The notes: generated by a model not told the origin, from the sequence alone. Shown: positions 51,282 to 64,000, counted from the stretch's first letter. The stretch is DNA of 64,000 nt from Octopus bimaculoides (GCF_001194135.2 NC_068981.1:119094008-119158007); one strand, 5' to 3'. Program-made: numbers and translations.

Positions 51282-52179
51282 TTAAGCATACAAGAGACAA
51301 ACCAGTCTATTATAGTTTCTATCCTCAGATCTGGTACCTTCTGCCATCATCATCATCATTAAACATGTTTTCCATGTTGGCATGAGTTGGATGGTTTTTG
51401 ACAGGATCTAACAAGCAGCAGGACTGTGTCAGGCCCCAATATCGACTACGACATGGTTTCTATAGCTGGATTCCCTTCCTAACACTAACCACTTTAAGTG
51501 TGTACTGGGTGCTTTTTGTTCATGACATTTGCACTAGTGAGATTGCCAAGTAACTTGCAAAAAAGAAAAGGAGAAAGAACGTTCAACTGAGTGGGAATAT
51601 ATCTGAGAGTGGGGTGGCTTTCAGACCCCATGGATTACATATTACACAAACAGCAGATATGAATGAGTTGTCTAATATCTTATCTACACATCCATTTCAC
51701 TACTTTCATAATAAAATAAAGTTTACAATACAAAAATGTAGAAAAAGGCTTTTAATACATTAGCTAATAGCTATTTGGTTCTATTTTCACGTGAGGTAAA
51801 TGGAAAGCAAGAAACATATTTCTCTATCCCATTTCTTTCAAAACACTTGAGACAAAGTGATATTAAAGAACTGAAAGAATGTGAAGGCTATTCCAGAATG
51901 TTAGATAACAAGCAATTAACGATTCTAAATGATAATATCATTCTTAAGTATTTGAAAGCTATTGAAAATATGTTTATAATGTCCAGCAACAGCTGTATTA
52001 TCCTATCTACATGTTGTACCACAATATTGATCAACTGTGTGAAGAGCAAAACAATTTTAGGTTTAGAATATAGAATTCAGAAACACTTGAACTGCTTGAA
52101 AGGGATGAAGATTCACTAAAATTTATTGGTTGTGTAACAATATTAGAACTACAATTATTGCATTAACTTTAATTAATTG

Positions 52180-52312
52180 GTGTGTGGCACATTGAACAAG
52201 TGTCTTCTACTATAACCTTGGGCCAACCAAAGCCTTATGAGTAGATTTGGTAAACAGAAACTGAAAGAAGTCCATCGAAAATACATATATATATATATAT
52301 GTGTATGTGTAT

Positions 52313-52356
<44 letters not shown>

Positions 52357-52515
52357 ACATCACCGTAAATTGACAGTTTGGCAAAAGAAACTAATGGAAT
52401 AATTACTAGGCTTATGAAAGAATAAATCCTGGGGTTGATTGTTCGACCAAAACAGTTCAAAGCGGTGCTCCAACATGGCTGCAGTCTAATGACTGAAACA
52501 AGTAACAGAATGATA
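52180..52515 (+). mobile_element. SINE family B, about 100 bp from a PNKP exon
   Basis: Family B body with an internal (GT)n. Confidence 0.85.
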
Positions 52516-52619
52516 GAATATAGTGAAAAAGAGAGAGAGAGAGAGAGTATGCATATGACATACATGTATATACAACATACATATACACAGGCAAACATAT
52601 ATATAAAAATTCAACTGAC

Positions 52620-52729
52620 CGTTTACGTGACTCCTTATCAGGATTTGTGTTGTCTACCACAACACTCTTCCCATTTTCTAAATTCTGCCGACACAAAGCA
52701 ACACATTTTTTCCAATTTCCAAGTATGTC
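52620..52729 (-). CDS. PNKP: PNKP kinase-domain exon (110 nt; DILGNWKKCVALCRQNLENGKSVVVDNTNPDKESRK+CG)
   Basis: Acceptor ttaaccag|GAC and donor AAACG|gtcagt. The translation matches PNKP DTLGSWQRC...VAIDNTNPD including the DNTN motif. The phase-2 end joins the next exon in frame. Confidence 0.95.
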
Positions 52730-53657
52730 CTGGTTAAATAAATACAAAACAATAAAACAACATTAATAAGTAAGCAAATAAAAACAGACCTGTACAAATC
52801 ATGTCTGGTAATGAAATGTTTTTTAAGTCTCCTAAAATACAAACGATGCTGAAAGGAGGTAGGGGAGACAAGGAGAAATGGGTCCTGTAACGGTCAAAAG
52901 GCAGTCGTAAAGGATTATATTTCAGATGTCAGGGATTTGCTCAAGTTGTCCCCAGCTCTAGAATATTTGGTCAGCAAATATGTCATTGGAATGTTTCAGC
53001 AAAGTTGATTTGGGACAACTCAATATTACCAATAGCAACGCAAACACTATCATCATCATCATCATCTCCACCATCAAAAACTACTACCTTCATCAGCTGC
53101 TGGCTTTATAAAACAACAGTAAAACGTAATCACTTAACCTACTGAATGTAGCCAACCTATGTCTCCCACGCAACAAACTCACTACTCTCTTGGAAAAGGG
53201 AACCAGTGCAAATTTTAAGATCCTAGAGTTAAATAAAATCGGAATAGGCCACACTCTGAAATGTCAGCTGAACTGCTTCACTTAGGGAACTCATTTCATT
53301 CCATAGGTTTGTTCATGCAGTGCCAACTGAAGTTAAGTAATAACAAATACCTACACCCCATCAGCACCAAGGGAGCCTCAATAAAGCCATCTAACCTGCT
53401 AGAAATAGTAGCCAAATATCACTCAAATCAAGCCCTACTGTCTTAAAAAAGATCAATTAGATAATGTACTCCTAGGTACATTATGTCTGAAAATAAGAAC
53501 AAAGGATGCCATCACAAGTGCAACATCTCTGATGAGACGGTTGATTGATCAAGGGTGGTCTACTTGATAAGAGCTAAAGAATAATTGCCAAAAGCAGGTG
53601 CAAAATGATCCAAAACAAGATTGAAGAGCAATTCATTCATTGTACTAGAACCTGAAG

Positions 53658-53661
<4 letters not shown>

Positions 53662-53691
<30 letters not shown>

Positions 53692-53778
53692 GAGAGAGAG
53701 TGAGAGAGAGAGAGAGTGAGAGAGAGAGAGTGAGAGAGAGAGAGAGTGAGAGAGAGAGAGTGAGAGAGAGAGAGAGAG
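53662..53778. repeat. (GA)n microsatellite with periodic GT interruptions
   Basis: Direct reading of the sequence. Confidence 0.95.
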
Positions 53779-53975
53779 ATTAATGTGACAGAAGTGTGGG
53801 GGGGGGTTCTTCAACATATTGCTAGTGAGATAAAGTCAAATAACTGTTGGTGTCATGTAACCTAGTACTACTTGCCTCATGGTTAGGTGATTGATCACTA
53901 GAAATCACCAACACCATTTCAATAAATTTATTGAATGAGAACAATACCCAGAAGGATTAAAAATAAAACCTGCCC

Positions 53976-54019
<44 letters not shown>

Positions 54020-54021
<2 letters not shown>

Positions 54022-54730
54022 CATTTATTTGCCATAAGTGTGAAGGATGAGGGGAACAATACAGAGACAGGCATAAAGTGATGGGGTTTACATATAATAA
54101 TGAAATGATAAAAAAAAAGCATACACAGTGTACACTGAAAAAGAAAAGACATGCATAGCATAGAAAGGTGAAAATAAAAAATGTTTAAATGGTGGGGAGG
54201 ATGATAGAGATGTGGCCCTCCTGATACAGGAAGGCCTCTAGGGTTAATCAAGGAACCCCACTGTCTGAGATTCCCTTGAAACCCTAGGAGCAACTGCCCT
54301 CTCCAATTCCTTCTCTCCAACTCACAGGTCTACACTTAGAGAGGTACCATCCACTCTTGCCATTTTCGCAACTTTCACCCACCTTTCAATAGACTCACTC
54401 ACAGACAGCACTTTCCTCTCCACTCACAATTTCCTTTTCAAGTGAAACTTGAAAAAGTCTATGAGGGCTCTACCAAAGAAGAATGTATCGTCCTCATGCC
54501 TTTCAGCCTTGTCCAAAAACAACCTTTCACCACAACCACCAGGCAAAGAAAAACTGCCTTGCCTACCCAATTGATGGAGGGCAGTGGTGTGATCATCACA
54601 ATAGACTCAGCTGACAGAGGGATCCGTCCCACACATAACAGCAGCTGTTCAACATAACTCCATAAGTCAGCAATGCCTGGCCACTGAACGAGGGCATGCA
54701 GTACGATTTCGTCACTCTGCGTGAATCCTT
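54020..54730 (-). mobile_element. 3' end of an L1/Tx1-clade LINE
   Basis: SDEIVLHALVQWPGIADLWSYVEQLL..LSAESIV..GKAVFLCLV.. matches the C-terminal ETxxHAL..C Cys/His region, followed by a 3' UTR and a (CAT)n tail. Confidence 0.7.
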
Positions 54731-54744
54731 CCTACTATATGCAC

Positions 54745-55085
54745 ACAACTTGAAATTTTAGGAGACAGGGGATAGTTGATTGTATCGACTCTGGTGCTCA
54801 ACTGATACTTATTTTATCGACCCCGAAAAGATGAAAGGCAAAGTTGTCCTCAGAGGAACTTGAACTCAGAACATAAGGCCAGAAGAAATGGAAATGTTAC
54901 CAAGCATTTTGTCCAGCAGGCAAATGATTTTGTCAGCCTAACATAGGCACAGAGCCATAAATTTTGGTGGGGAAGGGGAGGGGATGGTCAGCAGATTAAA
55001 TCAACTCCAGTGTTTAATTGCTGTTTAATTAACACCAAACAGATGAAAGGCAAAGTTGACCCTGGCAGAATTTGAACTCAGAATG
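54745..55085 (-). mobile_element. Two adjacent SINE family A fragments
   Basis: Two family A cores in reverse complement. Confidence 0.75.
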
Positions 55086-55089
55086 TAAT

Positions 55090-55252
55090 GAGCATGGCTG
55101 TGTGGTAAGAAGTTTGCTTCTCAACCACATGGTTCTGGGTTCAGTCCCACTGTGTGGCACCTTAGGTAAATGTCTTCTACTATAGCCTTGTTGGATCAAC
55201 TAAAGCCTTGTGAGTGGATTTACTTGACAGAAACCAAAAAAGCTCATCATAT

Positions 55253-55327
<75 letters not shown>

Positions 55328-55510
55328 CATATAGATATATGTGTTTAGATCTCCGTAATTTAGCAGTTCAGCAAAAGTTGATAGAATAAGTACCAGGCAT
55401 AACAAAACAAAAAAAAAACAAGTACTGAGGTCGATTCATTCAACTAAAATTTCTTCAAGGTAGCACGCCATCATGGCCAGTCTAATGACTGAAACAAGTA
55501 GAAGATAAAA
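55090..55510 (+). mobile_element. Full SINE family B with an internal (TA)n
   Basis: Head, (TA)n tract at about 55255-55324 and tail. Confidence 0.88.
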
Positions 55511-58500
55511 CAAACAACTGCAAGGCACTTTGTCCAATACATTTCATCTACCAATTCTTTAGATGAATCCTCATATATTAGCAGAAGGCCATAAATGTAT
55601 AATGTATAGAACATTTGGTTGAACTACTCGATATACTGGTATTACTGGTAAGTGTTTTATCAATCTTGAATAGATGAAACTCAATCTGAAAGGCAAGCAT
55701 GTAGTTTGAGACTTTACTATTCCTACCTTCCTTTCACACCATTATTCTAAAAATAATGATCATTTATTTGCCACAAAAATGAGGAGGAGGACAACATTGG
55801 CAGTGGTAATGATGATGACCATGGTGTCAATGATGACAGTGGTGATAACAATGATGATGGTGATGATGACATGATGGTGATGGTGGTGGTGGTGATGATA
55901 GCTGAAAGTTTCCATACTGACCTTTATTAATATATCAGCACAGAATTATTCACAGACAAAAACACCAAGTATTTAACAAGACAGACGAGATAGAAAAACC
56001 AACAGAAATTTCTAAAAAAAATAATAAATAACTCAGGTTGATAACACATGCAAGACACAAAATCCTACACACAAAACAAGGAAAAGAAGAGCCAATGGCA
56101 TTGCAAAAATTAGTATTCATTGTTCTGAATGTCAACAACATTGGTGATATTCAACTAACAGGGTGGAATTTTGAGTGTGCTTATGCATGTGTGTGTGTGT
56201 AAAAAGAGACCTGTTTGTCGAGTCTACTATTCAAATGTTTTGTCTGCAAGGCATTTCAAACATCACAGAACATTCCAATCTATCGTTACAATACATTCTT
56301 TTAAACTTTTATATCAAGTTTTGGGTGGGGAGAGAGAGACATAACCAAGATAGAGGGTAAACGAATTAGTTGTTTAAGTTATTATCCAATTAAGATGAGG
56401 TTCCCCCAAAAACATCACAATTTTCATTGCTTCAATCTATTTCTGAGTTTGCTACCTCATTATTGATTTTGCAATGGATATGACAGCATTATCATTAACA
56501 TGACCAGTTTTTATAATGTATTTAACTGGTCTATAATACTGCATCATTCTTTTAGTCAATTATTCAGTGGGTGTCTTCTTCCATACCTTACCTAACCCTT
56601 CCCTCTTGTTTTATCATTTGAACCAAATCCTATCTTAGCTACCATCAACAATTAGCTTGCACCATAATATATGACCAAGCACTTTCATCACTTATCCAAG
56701 CCATCATCCCTCTCCCATTCTCTCATATATTACATGATATTTCTGATAACTATTCTGTCATAGATCTTCTATGATGTTCAATCTTTCAGATTTATGTTGC
56801 ATGTCCAGAGGAACAGGCTTGCATTATTCTCCATCTAGTTATTGAGAAGTTCAGCCATCATTGACCAAGTGTTCACTGATAATCACCCAGCCCACCACTA
56901 CCACTGCTACTACTACTGCTACCACCACCAACAACAACAACTTGTCACTATCATTATTTTTATATTCTGCTCCACCCACTCCTTATTCCTTCCCACTTAT
57001 AACCAACTTCTATTACTGAGAGATAATGTTGAAACTTCTCTCAGATTTCAAAAATTTGAATGACTGAGAGAGATACTTCATGAAAGTAGGGCACTAGTCT
57101 AGTCTACTATACGAATAGCCCAAAGAAGAATTTGATCTAATTGCTGAAATTTAACAAAACATTTGTCATTTATACAATTCCTTATTTCACGTTTCTCTGG
57201 CAGCACCTGAAATGATTCCAGTAACACAATCATCCACAATTCAACCTACTTTTGAATTCCATTTTTAACACTCTTCCTCAAGTGCTAGGAGGTAAATAAG
57301 TTTGACTGTCTAAAAAGAATTCAATTTTAAAATGCAATAAAAATAGAAATTTATTTACTATCCCTTCCTTTCAGATTTTTGTTTTAATTGTTACTTTATT
57401 TCCTACAATTTCTTATATGAAAGATGGAGTACATTTAGCTGCTTCAATGATATATCTCTCCTAGCCCCATTCTCTTGATAATTATATAAGATGCAGTTTA
57501 CAATGCATTTTCTAGTTCACTTCTTTGGTGTTCACTAAAAAACATGCATGTTAAATAAAAATCTAACAAATGTAGTAATTTATTTGCCTATATTTTTTCT
57601 TTAATTTTTATTTTATTTTTAACAAGTATTTCTTGTTTGAAATGGCTGAAGAAAGGAAAAAAAATGTTTGTTTGGATTTGAGATCAATGAAGAATAGAGT
57701 GGCATAAATGACAGAAGACAAACAGGAAATCTAAATTTGGATAACTTCATTGCACTGCCAAAGAAGTGGGGAAAACTGACCTATTATAAAAGAAGTGGGG
57801 ACAGAGAGATAGAAAGAGGGCAAGAGAAAGATAGGGATATAAAGAAGGGAGGAGGGAAGGATTGAGTTAGGGGAATCAGAAATGGGGTGAGAGATATAAC
57901 AGGAACAGAAAGAAGTAAAGGAAGTGAGAAGTTAGAGAGATATAGAGAGAAAGATAAGGGAGATAGGAAGATAGAGTAATGAATTGCATGATGGAATGTT
58001 CAAGCAAGGAGTATGTAATGTATATTTTCTTGTGCATATATGTATGTGCAGGGTGTATATACTGCAGAACAGATTTGCAAGTGTGCAAGTGGAGTAAGTT
58101 GTATGGTATATGTGATATAATTTCCTATTTGTGTATGCATAAGCAGCTGAAAATATATATATGTGTGGCTAATGAGAATGCATAAGGCCTTATGTATGCA
58201 CATGTGTTTGCAATTAGTGCATGTATGTGTTAGCATCTAAAATGGCCTATAAGACGAGATTATGTGCATGCATGCATGTGATTCTGGGTGAAAAAGAGTG
58301 AGTGAGTGACTATATTATTGGTGTTATGGCTGCATGGAGTATGTGTGCATAAGTCGTGGGATATTTGTAATCAGGATGTCTGTGTATCTAATTGTAAAAA
58401 GCTGGGCAAAGGAGAATGGAAATGTGTGTGTGTGTGTGTGTGTGGGTGTGTGTGTGGGTGTGTGTGTGGGTGTGTGTGTGTGTGTGTGTGTGTGTACATA

Positions 58501-59789
58501 TATTACAGATTTGAGTGTATATCTGCATGAATATGCATATGTATATATATATATATATATATAAATATATATATATATAACTGGAATGATATTTGCACAC
58601 ATATCACACATACACACATATGTGCGCATGCATGTGTATATATGAGAGAATGAGATAGATAGGCAGAGGGAAAGTACGGATGTGTATGTATGTGTTAGAC
58701 TCAGATAGAAACTGACAGAGAGAAAACACTTCAAGAGCCATCACTGAAACCAGTTTCCACCATACTATTTGAAGACTGAACATGAAATAACAGCATGCTC
58801 AGACAAATGCTCACTGAAAATGAATGAGCAACAACATTACTGAAAGAACAGCAGCTTAACATATAACATATCACACAGAGCAATATGGTCCATATACACA
58901 AACACAGAGAAGCAGCAACACATATACAAGTATACACATACACACACACACACATAAAGTAATGACTGCCAGTCGTACACAAAAGTTATAATGGATGTCT
59001 ATAGTAGCTGTAAAATACATGCACACAAACACAAGCAGCTCTAACAAACATACACCTCTGTAAACACACACACATAATAAGAACCCCCATCACTACCCAT
59101 ACCATCACATAGATAAATACTGTTCAAACTAAAGAGCAACATAGACAAATGAATAACAAGACAGTTTGATAGGCCAAACAATCTCAATTCATTGTTTTAA
59201 TGTGACAGCCTCATTAGCAAAATAAATAAATTCTTCTTACATCGATTGCAAATTGCACCTTCTGGAAAAGGGGACAATGATTTTTTTTAAAAATGTGGAA
59301 TTGGCCTTGAAAGGATTGCTGCCCTCTATAGTCAAACAAACATGAACATTTATTGTAAATTCTAAACTTGCAGCCAACTACCCCATTATTGTCTCTCTCT
59401 CTCTCTCACTGTATATATATATATATATATATATATTTGTCCCATTGATTTTGTTGTTGGAATAGTTTCACTGAGCAGTTGTGTTTCAACTAATTTATCA
59501 TACAAAGGTAAAAGTCCAACAAACAATCTAGAGGGTCCAGCACACCATAAAAATCAGTTCCAGCACATTAGTTAGGGCTTTAACCCCACATCTGATCAAT
59601 ATTCTAGTTGACCAATCACCTAAACAGTGTAAGTATGCTGTCTGAAGTGTGGCCTACATGTTAAAAGTGCTAAATTTTATTTTTAGATTGAGCAAATATA
59701 GAAACTACATGCTTAGCCTCCTAACCAGTTCATAATATTCTATTTTTGAGAGATGTAGCTTCTGCAGTTTCTGAAGACAATCTACTTAA

Positions 59790-60171
59790 CCCTTTTGATT
59801 CCAACCCATCTGAGACTACCCCTGTTTCTATGACACAAACTTACTGTTTTAACCCTTTAACATTTAAACCAACCGTATCTAACCTAAATATTTCACTTGT
59901 TATGCAATCACAATCGAAATCTTGAAGCTACAAGATAATGCACGATTAATTTAAAACATAGTAACTGAATAAGCATTACATTTGGCAGAATAATTTGAAT
60001 GCTAAAAGGGTTAAAACGATCTAAATTAAAATCTTCCATCAAAATTTTAAGTTAATATTTTCCAGATGCCAGTTTAATAAGGAGGAAGTTATTGTACTAA
60101 ATTCTTTATTATTTTCAAAATTAACTGAAACAAAGGCATTATATATCAACAGAAATAGGGTAACAAAAGGG
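59790..60171. mobile_element. piggyBac-like MITE (outer)
   Basis: TTAA|CCCTTTTG.. ..CAAAAGGG|TTAA. Confidence 0.85.
59853..60010 (-). mobile_element. piggyBac-like MITE nested in the previous one
   Basis: TTAA|CCCTTTAACATT.. ..AATGCTAAAAGGG|TTAA. Confidence 0.85.
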
Positions 60172-61749
60172 TTAATTTTTTAAGTTCATCATTATCATTT
60201 AACGTCCACTTTTCTATGTTTGCATGGGTTAGACAGAACTTGTTGAGGCAGATTTTCTACAACCAGATGCCCTTTCGGTTGACAACCCTTATCTCCAGGC
60301 AAGGTATTATTTTCCCCACAGCTATACAAGTTTTTCATTGAAAACAGGAAAAGAACAACATCATTGTATGATGATGTTGATGATTTACAACCATCATGTG
60401 ATGTCTTGGCAAGGGTACAAACACACACACACACATGTATATACAACAGTGTTCTTTCAGTTTCCATCTACCAAACCCACTCAGAAAGCTTCAGTAGGCC
60501 CAGGGCTATAGTAGAATGCACAAGCTAAACAAAAAAAGAAATAAATGAAAATAATAGGCATGACAAGCTAGAGACAACTAAGCAGCAGCAATCATCATCA
60601 TCACAACTACCACCATTATCATTAACAGGTGTAAACATACTTCAGTCAACTCTAGAAGGTAAAAAGAAGATCAGCATTAATGTTACACTCCATTTTGTTC
60701 CCCAAGAGGTACTTCAAGCTACATCCACCAATCACCATTACCCACCTACATATTAAATTCTTTTGTACTTTTTCCATGCCAACAAAGCTTTTATAATTCT
60801 TCAAAATCATTCTTGACAACTATAGAATCGCACAAACAAGGATCAAAAGAAACCTTTAGCATCATGTAACTCTGTTAGGTTATTTTAAACACTTGAACCA
60901 GACTAGTGACATTAAAAACAGTTTTACAGAAATTTAAGCTTCAAGAAACAAGAGGTCAAAATATTTTCATAGAAAGTAGTATACTTTTCCATTCTTCGCA
61001 TTTTTGTAAAGAGCATTTTATGAATTTTGTAATAGTCACAAGAGCCTAGGCATAATAACATACTGAAAATACATATCTAGAACTTACCTAATTAATTATA
61101 ATTATAAATAACAGCTAGTTCCCCTCTCAACTTAGTTTGACCTCAATACTATTGACACAGTAAAGCCTTCTAATATACAGATGGTTGCTATCTGATCTCT
61201 TCTGGTTTACCATATCTGACCCTCTACTATAAAAAGACTAAAGCTTTACAGTTTGTGACTAGGTTTAAAAACATTCCAATCTTAACCTTTCAGTATTTTT
61301 CCTATGTGCAGATAACCCAGGGCCATATTATTCAATCTGACCCCTTCTAATACAGAAGGGGGAGATTTGAGGGTGATTTTACTACTTCTAATAAATCAAC
61401 TAACAATATAGAGTCTGCTCCACTGATTCGATTTTCTTGTCAACAATGATAAAATCCTTGAATAATCACAGATAAAGTTATAAGAATTTTAATTCTTCAC
61501 TTTATTTTTTATCAAATATAAACAGCATTAATGTAGCAGATGTCAATCTCACAGAGAAAATATAAATGTACACCATGTTCATGGCTCTAGCTGTCAGCTG
61601 CTGTGGCTCTGAAGGTGCCAGTTTCTGAGACATGGAGGCCTCTGACAGGAACATGTTATCTATGGTCAAGAGAAACATTTTCAACAGTAGGACATTATCA
61701 TGACATCCAAGTCTATCCATCAGATTTTAGGACATTATCAATGACAACC

Positions 61750-61975
61750 TAAACAGCTTCATGAGAGTCCTCACCAAGCAGTTCAAGGTGGTAAGATCCA
61801 CAATCAGATGCATGGTGTATGAGAACATCAGATACAAGTCGTATGTGACAAGGAGAAAGCACTCTGTATCTGAAAAGACCCAAGAAAAACCTGATCACAT
61901 GATCATGTGACACCTAACACTATGTGCTCTTCTAGCTTTCTTGATTTGAATACCCTAGATTGTTGCATCTGTGGC
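61750..61975 (+). mobile_element. Degenerate Tc1/mariner-superfamily transposase fragment
   Basis: MRVLTKQFKVVRSTIRCMVYENIRYKSYV..SEKTQEK (HTH region) followed by an SPDLNPLDY-like segment. Confidence 0.55.
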
Positions 61976-62937
61976 ATTCATCATCATCATCTAACATCCG
62001 CCTTCCATGCTTGCATGGGTTGGACGATTTGACTGAGGACTGGCGAACTTGATGGCTACACCAGGCTCCAATCTGATTTGGTATTGTTGGGGTGAAAAAT
62101 ATGGGCCACCAATCCCACATGCCAAAGATTCCTTGGTGAGACTGACATTGTGGGCATGGTGCACCTGATCCTGGTGTGTAGTAGTTTCTGTGGCTACAGT
62201 GGGCTGAGGATGGTTTCATTGAAAGACCTGTTACTGTGACATATCTCATTGAATGTATGAACTGTTTTTCCATGAGTATGTCGTTTTAATTTGTTTTTGT
62301 TCTCATTTGTTGACACACACGTGTGTGTGTGTGTGTGTGCGTGCGTGCATGCGTACGCGCATACTCATCATCACCATAAACACCCTTGTTATCATTATTA
62401 TCAACATCATCAGTTTTACATCCACCTTTCTCTGCAGAAATGAATAGGATGGTTTCCACATTCATTACCAACATGTTTTTCATGGCTGGATACATTTCCT
62501 CCACTTGTACCAGCTGCATTTTATCATGACTTCAGTATTAGAAAAGATGGCAAGACTAAATAATACTTGCTATCCTACATTGTCTCTCTTCATTTGCCCA
62601 CCACTACCAAAAGGTTGTCCTGTTCCCAGCAGCTCAAAGAAAGTATAATGAAAGAAGACAAGAGTAAGAAAGTGTTAACAGGGAGAGTAATGAAAGAAGA
62701 CCTGAGTGATAGAAAGGAAAGGTTAATATGTAGGATTAAAAGAAGTAAGAGGGTAACAGATAGTGTCTTGTTGGTCGTTGATATGAAGGTTCAATAAAAA
62801 CTGCATAACTGATATGATGAGAGAAAAGGGAGACAAGAGGGAGGTGAGATGGTAGAAGAGAGAGTACTGGAAGGGAAAAAGTGATGTGAGAAAGGGAGTG
62901 CAGAGGAAGACAGTGAAGAAAAAGAGAGTAATAGATA

Positions 62938-63113
62938 GGTGCAGGCATGGCTGTGTGTTAAGAAGCTTGCTTCCCAATCACATGGTTTTGGATTCAGTCC
63001 CACTGCATGGCACCTTGGGCAAGTGTCTTCTTCTATTGCCTCAGGCTGACCAAAGCTTTGTGAGTGGATTTGCTAGATGGAAACTGAAAAAAGCCTGTCT
63101 TACATTTGTGTGT

Positions 63114-63166
<53 letters not shown>

Positions 63167-63406
63167 TGTGCGTGCATGCGTGTATGTGTGTGTTTGTGTG
63201 TGTTTGTCCTCCCACCACTACTTGACAACTGGTGTAGGTTTGTTTACATCTCCATAACATTGCAGTTCAGCAAAAAGAGGCTAACAGAATAAGTACCAGG
63301 CTTTATAAAAAAATAAGTCCTGGAGTCAATTCATTGCACTAAAAGTTCTTCAAAGAAGTGCCCCAGCATGAATGCAGTCTAATGACTCTAACAGATAAAA
63401 GATAAA
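62938..63406 (+). mobile_element. Full SINE family B with an internal (GT)n
   Basis: Head, microsatellite and tail are colinear with other copies. Confidence 0.88.
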
Positions 63407-63694
63407 GGTATCCGTAATGATTGATAAGAGAAAGAGTAATGGGAGAGGCAGAGACAAAGAGAGAGAGAAAGATGGTTAGCAATAAAGAATGATAGAGTGG
63501 GATTGAATAGACAGACAGACCTAATACAATGCCATCTCTCATGTGACATTGAGAGTGACAGAGTGAATGTGACATATTATTGCCAATCTCTCAAGAAAGC
63601 TGCAACGAGAATGCTAAGTTTAAGCTATGCAAGTAATTATTATTTCTATAACTTGTATTAATATTAATGATCTCCTTAAACTGTTATAAATTAT

Positions 63695-64000
63695 ATCATC
63701 ATCATCATCGTTTAACGTCCGCCTTCCATGCTAGCATGGGTTGGACGATTTGACTGAGGACTGGTGAAACCGGATGGCCACACCAGGCTCCAATCTAATT
63801 TGGCAGAGTTTCTACAGCTGGATGCCCTTCCTAACGCCAACCACTCAGAGAGTGTAGTGGGTGCTTTTACGTGTCACCCGCACGAAAACGGCCACGCTCG
63901 AAATGGTGTCTTTTATGTGCCACCCAAACAAGAGCCAGTCCAGGGTCACTGGCAGCGATCTCGCTCGAAGGATTTCATGTGTTGACCGCACATGAGCCAG
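63695..64000 (-). mobile_element. SINE family C, young-looking, runs off the window
   Basis: (CAT)n then cgtttaacgtccg..; CpGs retained. Confidence 0.85.

Noticed and set aside
53898-53935. Perfect palindrome TTCAATAAATTTATTGAA
   Set aside because: Short and AT-only; expected in such AT-rich DNA.
52730-64000. Search for the preceding PNKP exon (GKS...Y.H.N[RQ])
   Set aside because: No segment with that motif and proper splice sites was found by eye; it is assumed to lie outside the window, though I may have missed it.

Overview
Repeat-saturated, AT-rich animal genomic DNA with seven N-gaps. The SINE families and microsatellite load point to a draft Octopus (coleoid cephalopod) assembly; this is inferred from recalled repeat sequences, not from a database search. 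The only host gene I can support is the 3' part of PNKP (polynucleotide kinase 3'-phosphatase) on the minus strand. It has four GT-AG exons (52620-52729, 48207-48294, 41798-41856, 41199-41340) that splice in frame into the C-terminal kinase domain. The upstream exons were not found and presumably lie beyond 64000. Bases 1 to about 38 kb are an intergenic graveyard of Helitron, mariner/Tc1, hAT, Chapaev3, Gypsy, RTE, CR1/L2, I/Jockey-like and other remnants. I did not find an unambiguous new biological system. The best second-look items are: (1) a four-layer nested insertion (RTE > hAT MITE > Helitron derivative > full-length Chapaev3) with readable TSDs; (2) a ~700-bp inverted duplication at 34.6-37.0 kb; (3) a CpG-decay boundary near 38.5-40.4 kb that appears to record germline gene-body methylation of PNKP; (4) a candidate 21-nt in-frame microexon; (5) a junction suggesting the LINE partner of a SINE family. 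Most TE boundaries without a stated TSD are approximate, and family names come from motif recognition only.
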